From Antedon mediterranea (Eukaryota; Animalia; Echinodermata): a stretch of DNA of 64,000 nucleotides. The stretch is from positions 18,436,101-18,500,100 of the forward strand of contig NC_092677.1 in the NCBI RefSeq assembly GCF_964355755.1. The letters run 5' to 3'. A model generated the notes under the pieces. That model ran no database searches. It was given only the letters and a program-made list of their open reading frames with translations, and was not told the origin of the DNA. Within the stretch, counting starts at the first letter, position 1. The number at the start of each line of letters is the position of its first letter. Of the stretch, positions 37,707 through 51,176 are shown one piece after another. The translations under genes and the position numbers were made by a program.

Positions 37707-39466
37707 TATCTTAAAAGAAAATAATAATGAAATAAATATTATATAAATAAGCAGGAATTGTGTGAAAACAATGTTTAACACGATTCTATTTCTATCACAT
37801 CTCCAATGATCATTCAGTAAGATATTTCTAATATTTGTGAATTTATTTATATTATATAATATATTAGGTAATTTTAATACTATTTTATAAGAATTTATAT
37901 TAATAAATGAATAAATATGTAAAAGATAATTTATCTTCATTAAGATAATAATAATAATAATAGGGCCTAATAATAATACATTTTTAGAGCGCATACAGGG
38001 TTAAGCCTCTTTGCGATTAACAATAGAAAATAACAAGTTTCCAATAAAATAAAACTGGAACTAAATATTAAATAATATAATATAAGCATTAATATAACTT
38101 TTAGTTTGATAGAATTTGTAGCTAGGGACGTACTGTATTTTGAATTTAATGTTACAGTATAATTAATTTGTTACAATGAAATTCATGGGTTTTTGTAAAA
38201 CCAGAAAAGAATTATTATAATTTATTTATATAAACGGTGTTCAATTTGAACTAAAATATAAAATAATATGATATTTGATTTGTTTTGTATTTGTTTACAA
38301 ATAAAAATCTAAAAGTATGTCTAGTAGGACATTTGCTTTCTACATTTTAATAAACGTACTTTTATAATTAAAATTGTGATTACTTCGTTATTTTTGTTAC
38401 TCCATAATCAAATAACTTTAAATTAGATAATAGCAAATCTAACAATTATTTAAAGTTGTGAACGTCTAATTAATTATAGCATTTCTAATGTGTAATGTAT
38501 TTCATCGATCAGATTTTAAAGATGTATTGTCTCCCAAAAACATGACGGAAAAATGAAGATTAATAAAATCAGACATTGAATAGGCCATTGTATATTTTTA
38601 ATTAAGCTGTAGAAAAATGAAAAAAATAATGGTTTCACTTATAAGAAGCCAAATTAACTAATTGTCTGAGACAATTTGAGTATTTTTTGCTTTTCAGGTA
38701 AATAATTTTTTTTTCGATCCAATTTTTGGTTAAAGTTTAATATTTAAAGTTACATTAAAATGGCATATTCAACAAAAACATGTTATATATAGTCAACTGA
38801 TTCATATCTAATGCAAAGTAAACAATGGAATTCACGAAATCACCACTACAATACCACAAAGCTAAAGAAGTCCTTTTACTTCATTAAATCGTGTGTACAA
38901 AACAATTCATTCGAGTTACTACGATACCAACCAATTGTTGCTGTTCTTACCTCGTGTCTAATATCATTGGTCTTTATGATTCATATTAATCTTTATTGGT
39001 CTAATCATAACAAAAAATGTAATACGAAAATGTTTATAAACTGCAAATAAAATGTAAAAATATACATAAATATGGTTAATAACATCTCATTAAATTGGTG
39101 GTATATTATTGTAAAATGCTTCACTAAAAGTAACATAAACATAATCACTTTACGATTGTCATTTTTATGACATTCATGACAGACTACAATTTATATTGTC
39201 ACGTCATTTTTGCCATGACTATAGTCTTTATTGTCATCACCATTGAATCACCATGACTACGATCATTATCATTATTTGTTATCATAATCATGGTTACAGT
39301 CATTGTCATTTATGTTATGTTATCATCACTGTCAAAACGGTCCAACATGTCTAGCTCATCTGTCATCTTTTGTATGATTAGTCCTAGTAATCGTTATTAA
39401 TGCATATTTTAATATTAAAGTTGATCGTCTTATAGGCCTAATTCGCTTCTATACCCGGACCCGGAT

Positions 39467-40060
39467 GCGATTTTTTTTTTCGTACATGAGTTGGGGACCC
39501 CCTCATGAAACGTCACAAAATAAACATGAATAATTAATCAGTTAAATTTGTTGTTCCGTGTGCACCCAAGCGTATAGCAACAAGAAGCGATTACACAGCT
39601 GCGATACGATACTTTCTACAACAGTAGGCCTAGGATTCTAAGTCAATTCACGCGATTGCCTTCGCGCACTCTTCTTCACACAAAATGTGTCGAGTCGAGG
39701 CTAATCGACAGCTAGGCAAGACATTAAACTAAGTAGTAATTCATTGGACATAGCCCAAAGAAAGCTTAGACCCACAAGAATAAAGAATGTGTATAATTTG
39801 TGTACTGTATTTTTTTTAATTCTGCTATTTTATTATCAAACAATGCATGTACTCAAAGGAACTTTAAAAATGCGCGTATATGAACACATGAGATGGGAAG
39901 ATTAGACCCACTAGAATCGTACCGCACTTGTGTAATCACTTCTTGTTGCTATACGCTTGGGTGCACACGGAACAAGAACATTTAACTGATGAATTATTCA
40001 TGTTTATTTTGTGACGTTTCATGAGGGGGTCCCCAACTTATGTACGAAAAAAAAAATCGC
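39467..40060. mobile_element. MULE-type MITE, copy 2; right boundary of the putative composite transposon
   Basis: Near-identical to 32389-32983; right flank AGCCGGGAA (40061-40069) equals the left flank of copy 1 (32380-32388). Confidence 0.92.
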
Positions 40061-41302
40061 AGCCGGGAAACCGTTCAAATTCATTTCAATGTAAATTGGT
40101 CTATGTTTTACAAATAACAATAAATTTACTTGACTTGACTAGAGAGGCCAGAAATACAAGTCTTCTAAAAAATGTTTAGGAGATTTTTTTGTTAATAGCA
40201 GGCAACCATGTTGAATGTATACTTTGTGGGGTGACAAAAACGATAGGGGTGGATGCCATCTTCAGTTTTGGGATTTAGGTCAGTTATGTGGTTATGTGGA
40301 TTTTTTTTCACGCTGCTGCTTTAGCCAGCTATGTCCCAGGAGGATGACTCATTAAGAAACCGAAAGTAAAGCAGAAGTTTTGCTAAAGGTTGACAGTTTT
40401 GCTAAAATGTATACTCGACTGTAATTTATAGGTACCACCAAAAAACGTCTGGGAAAGAGTCTAACGGTTGAATGACAAATCCCAAAGCATTTGTGGTATT
40501 TATGAGTTCAATGATATTATAAAATTCGCTTTCAGATGATACTTCAGACTTGAATGAAGTATCTAGTCATGATGGAGTGACCCGCAGACTTGACCTTAGC
40601 AATAAAATAAACTAAAGTGACTGATATGAAACACAGACTCTGTAACAAAAAAATAATATTTGTTCACATATAAAAAAAGAAAAAAAAACCGTTTAATTAT
40701 AACTCAAAAACCACTGTCTGACAATTAAGTATTTTTGACATTAAATTACATTTTTTCAGGTAAAATAACTGTTATGTGACAATAAAATGACACATTCAAA
40801 CACAAATTTGAAATAAAAAATATTTTTCAGAGGGACAATATATCTTTAAAACTGTTACGTCAATAAGCGAGCAGCGTTTTTTGTAAGAAATATTTCTTGT
40901 TTATTTTATTTTATTCACAGAAAATCACATCTACAGATTTTCTGAAGATCAGCTATCATCAAATATTATATTAATTATGAGATAAACATTTTATTTTATA
41001 CATAAAAACATAGGAAATGAAATACAAAAGTGTCATTTTCTCAAAATGTTGTTTTCACATAATTTCGATAGAACATCTTTTAAGTGGCGTGAAAGACACA
41101 CTGGGCGTTTCATAGAAATCACCGGCGGCTCAACTTGTCGGCGGTCCGCATTATTTTTTTTCTATGCAATTAAGGCAGAAATCATTGAATAATTCATTAT
41201 AGAATAATTATGACATAATATGGGAAAAGTGTATGCCATTAAAATACTGATACTAAGTGTTTCAATTACAGTGAAAACGTCTTCCATTTTTTATCTTTAC
41301 AG

Positions 41303-41540
41303 AGATCACATTTCCAGGAGGAAGAGGAGGAGGAAGAGGAGGAGGAAGTAAGTGAAAGAAAGATTAAATATCAAACTATAAAAATCATTCATTGTTCATA
41401 TTTCTTGATTGCATTGAGGCATATTAGTATTTCAAAGAAGGATTGAATAATGACATGCTTCATTGCTTTTATACATGTATAGTTAAAACATTGTGATGCT
41501 TGTTTCTCTATAGGAATACAACCCGCTGAAGGCCGTGGTG
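41303..41540 (+). CDS. Paralogous micro-exon pair (41303-41347, xITFPGGRGGGRGGG; 41514-41540, RIQPAEGRG)
   Basis: Homologous to exons 24887-24922 and 26511-26537, with intron homology extending to about 41795; splice sites intact, phase 1, lengths 45 and 27 nt. Confidence 0.7.
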
Positions 41541-43422
41541 GTGAGTTGAAAGTGTTTTATATACAATATTTTTTAGTTTTCCCAAAATACTATTATTTAT
41601 TTACTTGATAAACATAAAACTATGTTGAAATGGTTGTATTAGGCATATAATATAGGCTTATATTATAAATGATAAACCAATTTTGTTGATTTATTTATTC
41701 TAATTCTTCAAATTATTAACCAAAATAGATATGATACAAAATATTGTGCAAACTGGACAATTTACAAGTGTCCCGACCAGAATTGTTCTACATAAAATAA
41801 AATGTTTAAACTAAAATTCACAACTAAATACCATCGATATACAAATTACATTTAACAACAAGTTAAAAGCTTAGCATCAAAGTTATGTTTTAGTGTTAAA
41901 GACAAAGGAGAATATAATTAATATCGAATACTTTTACATACAACATCATTCATCACAGTCGTTAACTTATTAAAGCTTCCACTCCCCACTTGGACAAAAC
42001 GCGTGGTCGCCACAAGTAAATTGACCAATCACGGCGCGGTGGATCAACTTATCTGTGTCGAGGAGCGAGGAAACAAGTCCCAATATTGCAATGAATAAAT
42101 ATGACGTAGGTTGGTCGTCGGTCAGAGGTTATATCTGTATTTGTGTGTCTACTATATCATAAAATTGATAAAAAAAGGATACAAATTGTCAACAATAAGC
42201 TACAAATAAATGTTCACAATTTTCTTAAACTGTACAGTGTGATTAATTATTATTATTAACTATTATATCATTATTGTATATACATTTTAATGTAATTAAT
42301 TATTAATGTTTCAATTGTATTTTTAGATGGTTACTAAGGAATTACATTGATCAGCCATAGATACATCTCTTTATCCTTATGTAAACAATTGGCGAATATA
42401 AACACTTGTGTGTTTTTGTGTAGCCTACATGTACAGGAACATATTCATCATTCGCGGTACTATACGTACCATTTATTTGTATCAACAACATATATATATA
42501 TAAAGTATTTCTTTCACAAGAATATTTCTATAAATACATATTGTTAAGAGATAAATATAAAGCAAGGAAAACGTGAAAAATAATTACGAAAAATTACAAT
42601 AGAAACATTTTTAAGGTAAATTCCAGTTTTAGATGTAGAGCAAAGTAGAAAATAAAAGAAAACTATGAAAAAAGATGGATATTGCGAGAACATACTACTG
42701 TCTGGCTATTTTAACCACTTCTCTATCAACACTTGTGTCTCTCTGTATTTGCTCTGTGCAGTTATGCGCATCCCTAGCTGTAACCTCATTAATGTTGGTC
42801 AGAGTACAATAGTAGTTCTTTAAATTCCTATTCAACATTTAAATTCTAAAAAAAACCAATGGTTTAGGCCTATATGTACTTTGTTTGCGACATATATAGC
42901 GCTTTTACAGTGGGTATAACTTTTTGAGCGTTCGTTCATTCTTGTGGATTCAACCAATGTATTTTAATATTTAGGTTTTGCCAAAGCCACTAGAAATAAT
43001 AACACATATTTATCATGCTTGCTGTTGTTTTTATTTATAAGGTTATTTTATTTTTGGAAATCTAAATGTTTATTTAGCCACAGTGTGCCTGTCTTTATTT
43101 TCATATACTCGCAATTCCATCATTTTCTTATACTGACCATGATTGCATAAAAGAACCTTGATATGGTTAGAAAGCTACACTCACACTTGTTCCGTTTCAC
43201 GGAATGGAAGACGTTCAATTATTTTTATGATTTTCCATTGCTTACCAAAACAGACTCGTGTTCCGTTCTCTATGGTGTGATAGCAATGTTGCCTTTTTTT
43301 ATAAGTCTTCGTTATAAAAGGTCCTGTGGCATAAATTATGACCTATTCAATGCACGGTTGTTCATTTCAACGGCTAGTACTCCGAAAATCAAAAGGGAAA
43401 CACGACGGGTAACCACACGACG

Positions 43423-45560
43423 CACAGTGTGCCAAAAGTCCAAAATGGTAAATGTGGCAATCCAAACTGTTTAATATTGTATTAGGAAGAAGATATCTTA
43501 AATTATATAAATCCACTAATAATTTTATATTTTGTCAATTTTAATAGTGTCCTGTAACCATGGAAACTGGAAGAAACCATGATATTTCACTTAAAATGAG
43601 CAAAAACAAATGTTTTGATAAATTCGCTGTTATTTTTTCTAGAAAAAAAGCAATGGATTTGATACTGCATGGAATTGTTGTCTGTTATTAATCATATTAG
43701 GAAGTAAAAATAAAATTTCCATTATTGCTTTATTTTGGGGTTAAAAGGCACCAAATATAGCCCCAAATACCAATAAATCGTATTTTTAAAGTAAAACCAC
43801 TAAAATAGTTTGGATTTACGTCGATTCGCGCGCTAATTTTGACATTAATATTTCGAGCAAAGCTAAAGCTTTACTTACTTTAATACCAAATTTGGCTGCG
43901 ACAATTTGCGACATTGCATATAGGAAGCGATTTAAATGTCCATATGCGTGTCGTTTAAAAATAAATGTATAATGCATTCATTGACACATTGATGTACCAC
44001 AATCGCACGAACTTGACGAAGAAAAAACCTTTCCACGACGCGTCTGTATTGGAAAAGGGAATGCTACCAGTGTGAGAATAAGCATTCGTAAATGTAGGTA
44101 CATGTAACATGGCCTCCATATCAAAATAAAACTTCTGAAGCTGTCCATTCGGCTGTTTAAATTACCAATATTGACCTAGCCTGCGATGTATGTTTACGTG
44201 GATTGCATTTACATTACAATGTAAGGAATGACGAGAACATACCAAACAACCTTTTGCAGTAAACTACTAAACTATCAAAGCATTTCTTTATTGTTTACGA
44301 AGAAGATGGTACAAGTATGGCCGTCACAATCATTTCATCAGCTATTAGTAGTCAAAGAACCAGAAATTAACATGTAAAATATGTGCTGAAGTTTGCAATG
44401 CTAAAACCATCAAGACCAGCTAAAATAAGAAAGTTAATATACCAAAAAAAAACCCAGAACCGATCAAGTTTACAAGTGAAGAAGCTTTGCCACTTTTAGT
44501 TGAAACTGATATGACAAAACAGTCATACCAAACAGGTTTGCTGAAAAAGGCAACCATGCAGATATTTACCCATCATATAACAACGTGAGGGAAGCTAAGC
44601 ATAGATGCTACCCAAACAATATAACGGTTAAAGAAGATTTGGCAAGAGTACCCCTTCAAAGCTTGCTGGACCATACAGCATTTCGAATTGTTCAGGAAAA
44701 AAAAGAAGAAATTATAGAAGTAGTAGAACATTTTGAAAGATACTTCCTATCGATTTTGCCGACCTTAGACCTGCAATTCAAGAAAGAAACGACTCAACTA
44801 TAACAGACAGACAATGAGTATGTTCAAGATGAGATAAAAAAGCAGCAACCAACGAAAATATTATTTGATATTAACTATGAACTGGCTGCAGAATAAACAG
44901 AAAAGACAACATCTAGGCCTAAATAAACTACAATTTACAATTCACCATGGTTGACCAAAATGTCGTAGTAAGTAATCAATGCGATGTTATATATGTGGAG
45001 CTACTCCAAAACAGTTGATTGATTTGGAAAAACTCCCATCGTCAAGTGAAGAAGCCTACAGCTATGGGCTCTCGCCACTACACAGTGTAGGTGCTTCGAA
45101 ATGATAATTCATATTGGGTACAGAATGCCAGTAAAACAGTGGCGTATTTCGTCTGATAGTGAAAAAGCTATCGTTGTCGATATAAATAAAAAATTACACG
45201 ATCGGTTTAAAGAAGAGATAGGGCTGACAGTAGATTAACCTAACCAAGGAAAACGATGGCAACACAGCTTGCAGAGAGCTTTCCGGGAAAAAGGAGACTT
45301 TCGCTGAAATTTGCGGGTTGGATGTAAATCTAGTACACCGTATCCATATGATTTAGTAGCAATATCATGCAAATCGTGTTTAGTTATATACAACTCTATC
45401 CATGTTATAAAATGCCAGTGAGTGTACATGTAACATTGTTTTTCTAGTTCATTTATTCACAATCATTTCGAGTTGTACTGCATTACCGATAGGTAGGATA
45501 AGCGAAGAGGCTCAAGAAGCAAGGAACGAAGACATAAACCCGATAAGCATGGCATGTGAA
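43423..45560 (+). mobile_element. Degenerate Transib DNA transposon (transposase relic at about 44400-45540)
   Basis: CACAGTG terminus at 43423; remnants FTSEEALPLLVETDMTKQSYQ, IYPSYNNVREAKHRCYP, VPLQSLLDHTAFRI, FTMVD, ICGATPK, YGLSPLH and SEEAQEARN. Confidence 0.85.
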
Positions 45561-45706
45561 TGAACGGTTAGTCGTAGCAGCTCCGCTAAATATCCTCTAA
45601 AACGTTACTAATATTTAACTACCATCAAGTCTAAGTATATTTGAACTGTGAGTATTTCATTTGTAGTATACCACATCTTAATTACACGGTGAAATTTTAA
45701 GTCAAA

Positions 45707-48178
45707 ATGCCAAAAAAGAAGGAAATAGTCCTAGCCCCAACATCACCTGAGCCACCAATACTGGAAGCCGCTGTCGCCGAAACCGACACAGAGCTATTGA
45801 GGCTTGAACAGATCTGTGCGGTATTCGTGACCAGCTGGATTCGGTCTTGCGTAACCAACAAACCATGCTTACGAGGGTGGACACACTTGAAACAAACAGT
45901 CTGAGTTTGAAAAATCAATTGAATTCACATGTGCTTCAATATCGGATTTAAAAAATAAAACTGCTACTTTAGATGCGAACATTAAAGATGTTTCGGCTGA
46001 TGTTGGAAATGAAAATTTGAAGTTGCCAACGATGCAAAAACAGCTGAATAAGCTCGAACGGCACTCAAGATCTTACAACTTGCGATTCGGCGGTCTTCCA
46101 GAAGATGATCATGAAAATGCTATAGTGAAAATTACAGATTTGATTGAAAAATAACTAAATATACCAGACATCAAAATTGAAAACGCTCATCGTATAGGAA
46201 GGCCCCGTACACTGAATGAAACATCAAGACATATTATCGTACGGTTCGTATATCGTTCTCAACGTAATCAAGTCTTTACACAAGCGAGGTCACTATTTAA
46301 AAATACAAGTAAATTTGTCATTGATGATCTCAGTGAATCAGACTTAAAGAAAAAAAGAGACTTGAGAGAAGAAATGACCAAGGCCTATGTAGAAGGGAAG
46401 TGACCTACTTTCAGAAATGGTAACCTCTATAGCAATGGTCAGTTGTATGGCCAACTTTAATTGTATACATTATCCTGAGGAGTAATGATCACGGCCTATG
46501 AAAAGGGGAAGCAACCAACTTTCAGAAATGGTAACCTCTATGAATGTTAATGGTTTGTTGTATGGCAACCAACTTTAATTGCACATATTTTGTAACTGCT
46601 TTCTTTTAATTTCTTAAATTGTTTAATTGGCGGAGCATGCTACTATTTAATGTCGGAAAGAAAATACTTTATTATATATCTTATTTTATTTATTATTATT
46701 TGTTATCTATTTATTATTTACTCCACAAAAATGCTAACACAAAGTATTATAAATATCTTAAATATTAATATTACTATGCATATATATTATAATTGATTTT
46801 AACATTACTAATTCATACCTTGACTATGACGCATTTGATGATCAAGGGTTTTTTCCTTTAAATTGTGAATACCTCACACACTGAACACAAATTTCATGAA
46901 CATTTTGCATCGGATACAAACCAATTTTCATTACTACACTTTAATATCCGTAGCATGAATACAAATTTTGACCACCTCTATAATTCTTTTTCATCACATA
47001 TTGATTCTGCTCCTACAATTGTTGGTCTCACAGAGACTTGCCTATCTGATTCTTCACATAACCTTTACCCACTCCCCGGCTATAATTTGTTAACAAACAG
47101 TAAACCTGGCGATCAACGTGGAGGTGGTGTAGCAATACTTGCCTTCTGTCTTCGATTGCCAAGCATTATCTGAATTACAATTTATGAATGACATATTGGA
47201 ATCTATTTTTGTAGAAATTAGATGTCCTAATAAAAAAAATATTGTCGTTGGAGTCGTGTACAGACCACCACAAAGTAACATATCATTATTTAACACTGAA
47301 ATTGAAAACATTCTCTCACATCAAGCATTAACAAATAAAAATGTGTTTATTATGGGCGATTTAAATTTAAATTTACTACATCACGATGAAAATGCACGCA
47401 TTAGTGAATTTCTAGATACATTAATTTCATTTTCACTTATTCCACTTATTACCAAACCTACACGTGTAACTGATATTTCATCTACGTTACTTGACAATAT
47501 ATTTAGCAATATCCACCCTTTCCCGGCGGTCTCGGGAATTATTGTATCCGATATATCGGATCATTTTCCGATATTAGCAAAAACCTCGCTAACGGTTAAT
47601 CAACATTGTAACTGTCATTGTAATAAGACATTGTAATCTTTTAATCCCCAATCGTTGGCTCACTTTAAAGAACGTTTGGCAATATTTTCAATATTTATAT
47701 AGGTATATTTATTGACGACAGACTTGACTGGAAAGCCCATGTTAATTACCTTTGCAAATTATTATCAAAAAATGTTGGCATGATGTATAAATTGAAATCA
47801 ATATTTCCTCAAAAAGTATTAAATATTTTATATTCTACTCTTATTTTATCATACTTAAATTATGGTGTTCTTGCTTGGGGAAATGCTTCAAAATCAATTA
47901 TTACTAAAATTTTATTAATCCAGAAACGAGCTGTCAGAATTATCTCAAGGGTAACTTTTCGTGCTCACACCCAAGATCTCTTTCAAAAAAATAAAATATT
48001 AAAAATTGAGGACCTCTATAGATTTAATGTTGGTGTCATCATGTTTCAATTAACCGCCGGACACTTACCACCTATAATATCCAGTAAATTCACTCAAAAT
48101 AAACAATACCACACTCACCAAACAAGACAAAAAGATCAGTATCACCTGCCATTTACTCGAACTAGTCTTAACGACTAG
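45707..48178 (+). mobile_element. Internally deleted L2/Crack-like LINE (ORF1 relic about 45707-46460; APE 46865-47636; ORF2 C-terminal part 47700-48178)
   Basis: ORF1 motifs LERHSRSYNLRFGGLPE and IENAHRIG..RHIIVRF; APE motifs HFNIRS, GLTET, VYRPP, MGDLN, LDNIF, SDHFP; C-terminal LYSTLILSYLNYG and QKRAVRII. Confidence 0.88.
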
Positions 48179-48603
48179 AAATAATGTACATATAACCTTG
48201 AATATACAGTTCAAATTACACTTAACCATGGACATTTTAAAACTCTAATTTAATTGTTTAACGAAATAATATTGTCATTGGGTTAAAATGGCTGTGTTAA
48301 AAGCAATACATTCTGTGCGGCGTTTGAATGCGAGGCTCTGAAGCTAGAATTGGAAGGCTATAAGCTGAAATTTCTTGGTAAAATGGCTCAACATTATGTA
48401 ACAGGTAAGAAATAGCCTACTGTAATTGTATTTATTTGGTGAGGAGTCTCATCTGTAGGCCTACTTCTAGGCTAGGCCCACTTTAGTATTAGCCTGAGTG
48501 TGCCAACGCCAAGCATAATGCTAATCTTCTTAACTCATGTACAGTTACTACCAGTTAGGCCTACATTTGTACAATTCTGTTTATCAAGCAGTGGGTCAGA
48601 CTA

Positions 48604-49960
48604 GATTCAAGATTCAAGATTCAAGACATTTTATTTGTCCATAAAAATGGAAATTCACTTTGCTTGGTAGATTAAAACAACAATAAAAAAACAAACATAA
48701 CAAATGTTGCAACAATTTAAAACGTGCAGTATTATAACAGATAAAATACAAGATAAAAAGTTGAAAATAAAAAAACTGTTAAAAATGTAAAACTATTTAA
48801 AAATTGCATTATCGTCTTACATTAGAATTAAAAATATGAATGCTATTTACAACGAAGGATTTTCTAGTTCTACAAAGATTTGCTCTTGGAGGTCGTAGCC
48901 TCCCTGATCTATTTAAGTTATAACAGTAATGTAACGGATGAGTGGGGTCTTTCATAATATTGTTTACTTTTTTTTAAATACTCTTTTCATAGATAAATGA
49001 ACAAGGCGTTAGATCAGCTTTAATAATACGTTGTGCAATTTTACGTGGTCCTCAATATTTTTCTTATCATTATCAGTATAGTTACCATAAAAACATCCAA
49101 TGCTAAAAGATAAAATACTTTGAATAATACTTTGATAGAATTAAAATAGTGTTATCAACTCTAATTTGCTTGAGTTTTCTGAGAAAGAAAAGCCTTTGAG
49201 ATGCCTTCTTGGAAATCATGAGAGAGTTTGACTCCCATTTTAATTTGTTGTCAATTATAGTACCTAAGTATTTGTATTGGGTTACTCTTTCAACCTCGGT
49301 TTCTTTAATAGTTATTACATTATGTTCAACTGCGGTTTTACGAAAATCTATTATCATCTCTTTGGTTTTAGTAATATTAAGTATTAAGTTCATATCCTCA
49401 CACCAATTAACAAATCTTCCAACTTCATTAACAAATTAATTTACATTATGCTTACTATCGCAAAGAAAACCACTAATTACAGTATCGTCAGCGTATTTTT
49501 ACAATATTGCAATCTTTAAAACTACTTGAATAAAGAGAAAACAAAATTGGGGAAATAACACATCCCTGAGGATCCAACACTGATAGATTCTTTGTTGGAT
49601 AGGATACCATTGCACTTAACCATCTGCGGTCTATTAATCAAAAAACTATATATAACTTTGGCGAGCTGAGGTGATAAATTAAAACTTAATAATCTATCAA
49701 TTAAAACATGTGGTAAAATAGTATTAAAAGCACTAGAGAAATCGAAAAATATAGACCGTACGTATTTCTTTTTGAATCAAGTTGATGATATGTATCATGG
49801 AGATAAGAATTTACAGCATCGTCAACCTCTCTATTTTTCTTATGCAAATTGATTCGTATCTGCATTACCAATATTTTCCTTAAGTCTAGATACAATCAAC
49901 CTTTCTAAGCATTTCATTATATTTGAAGTAATTGCAGTTGGTCTAAAATCTTTTAGGCAA
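48604..49960 (-). mobile_element. Degenerate Rex1/Babar-like LINE, 5'-truncated
   Basis: DFRPTAITS, DFSSAFNTI, KYADDTVI, LNITKTKEMIIDFRK and SQRLFFLRKLK; 3' AATAAA plus (TCTTGAA)n tail at 48604-48640. Confidence 0.88.
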
Positions 49961-51176
49961 TGGATTTGAAGTGATTAGACTAGCCACTTATTCAGTATTA
50001 AAACAACTATTTTTTAATGTTTGAACTGTAATGTTTTAATGATAATCAATATATCACCATAGTTGACGAATTAATCCGATAAGCATTATAAGAACACACT
50101 TGATAGATTTTACTTAATTGGCATTTTGATATTTAATCTTAATTAATCAAGTGGACCATTTAAAGTTTATAGTTGGTTGAAGATAAAAATGTAATTTAAT
50201 GTTGTGAAAATAATGACGTGATATATATATACTGTAGGCCTATATATATTATAAACACATTAGGCAATGAACATTAATTCGAATATACAATCTGCAGACA
50301 GTAGGCCTACTGTTTCGATCTTATTAGATCTCGTCAGTGCAGCTCAGCTCGGTAGTCTATCATTACATGGCATCAAATGAAAACCTTTCTTGTAAAGTGG
50401 AAACTGTTATCATCTTATCGTCAAGTAACCTGTAACTTAAAAGCATGCGGATTCAAACGTACACAATCATATTGATACATTAGGCCTACTGGATATCACG
50501 ATAACAAATCACTTGTCAGTTATTTCATGTAGGACCTATAGTTACCGTAAATCTTCTAATTGTAACCCTGGGTTATTATTCTTTGATTGTTTTTTTTAGG
50601 GTGGATTGCTATTAGAAGTGGTAAGGGCCTAGAGTAGTGGGTTCTATTAACCTACTAATCTTAAATTAGGTACCTGAAAATAGTTCTTAGCCACCCCCAA
50701 CTTTTCCGGTCAGCAACTCATGGTAAAATAATAAAACAGTACGAATAAACAAATTTGGCTGAACCGTCTAACTTTATGTTAGGTTTATTAACTTTTAAAC
50801 CTTATCAACATGCATTATCTCTTTATTTTCAAAATACGGCTGCATCATAAGTTGTTGTGACTCTAATAGTAACCTCCCCCCAGCCCCCCCCCCCCCCACC
50901 ATCCCATGGGTTCTATTATCGACTCATTTTTCTGGAACGGAATCGGTTAAAACTCCAATATCCACAGGACCTTTATCTGTTTTTAAACATTAAAATTAAA
51001 ATTTTTATCGGTTACACGACGTACGTGTGATGAGAAGTTAACGTTGGTGGGGCGCTCCAACTGGTTCTGATGACCTCTGAACTGCAGAGAGAGAAAGAGA
51101 GAGATCAAAGTGGACCAAATCGTGTGTTGGCGCTGGGAAGAATACTGTGTCAATTTTCTTTACAAAATAACCTACA

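Noticed and set aside
38516-40849. One Kolobok-like element spanning the right MITE, which would contradict the composite model
   Set aside because: Compared with the copy at 57250-57574, the pieces at 38520-38780 and 40640-40848 cover overlapping parts of the unit, so they are two separate partial copies.
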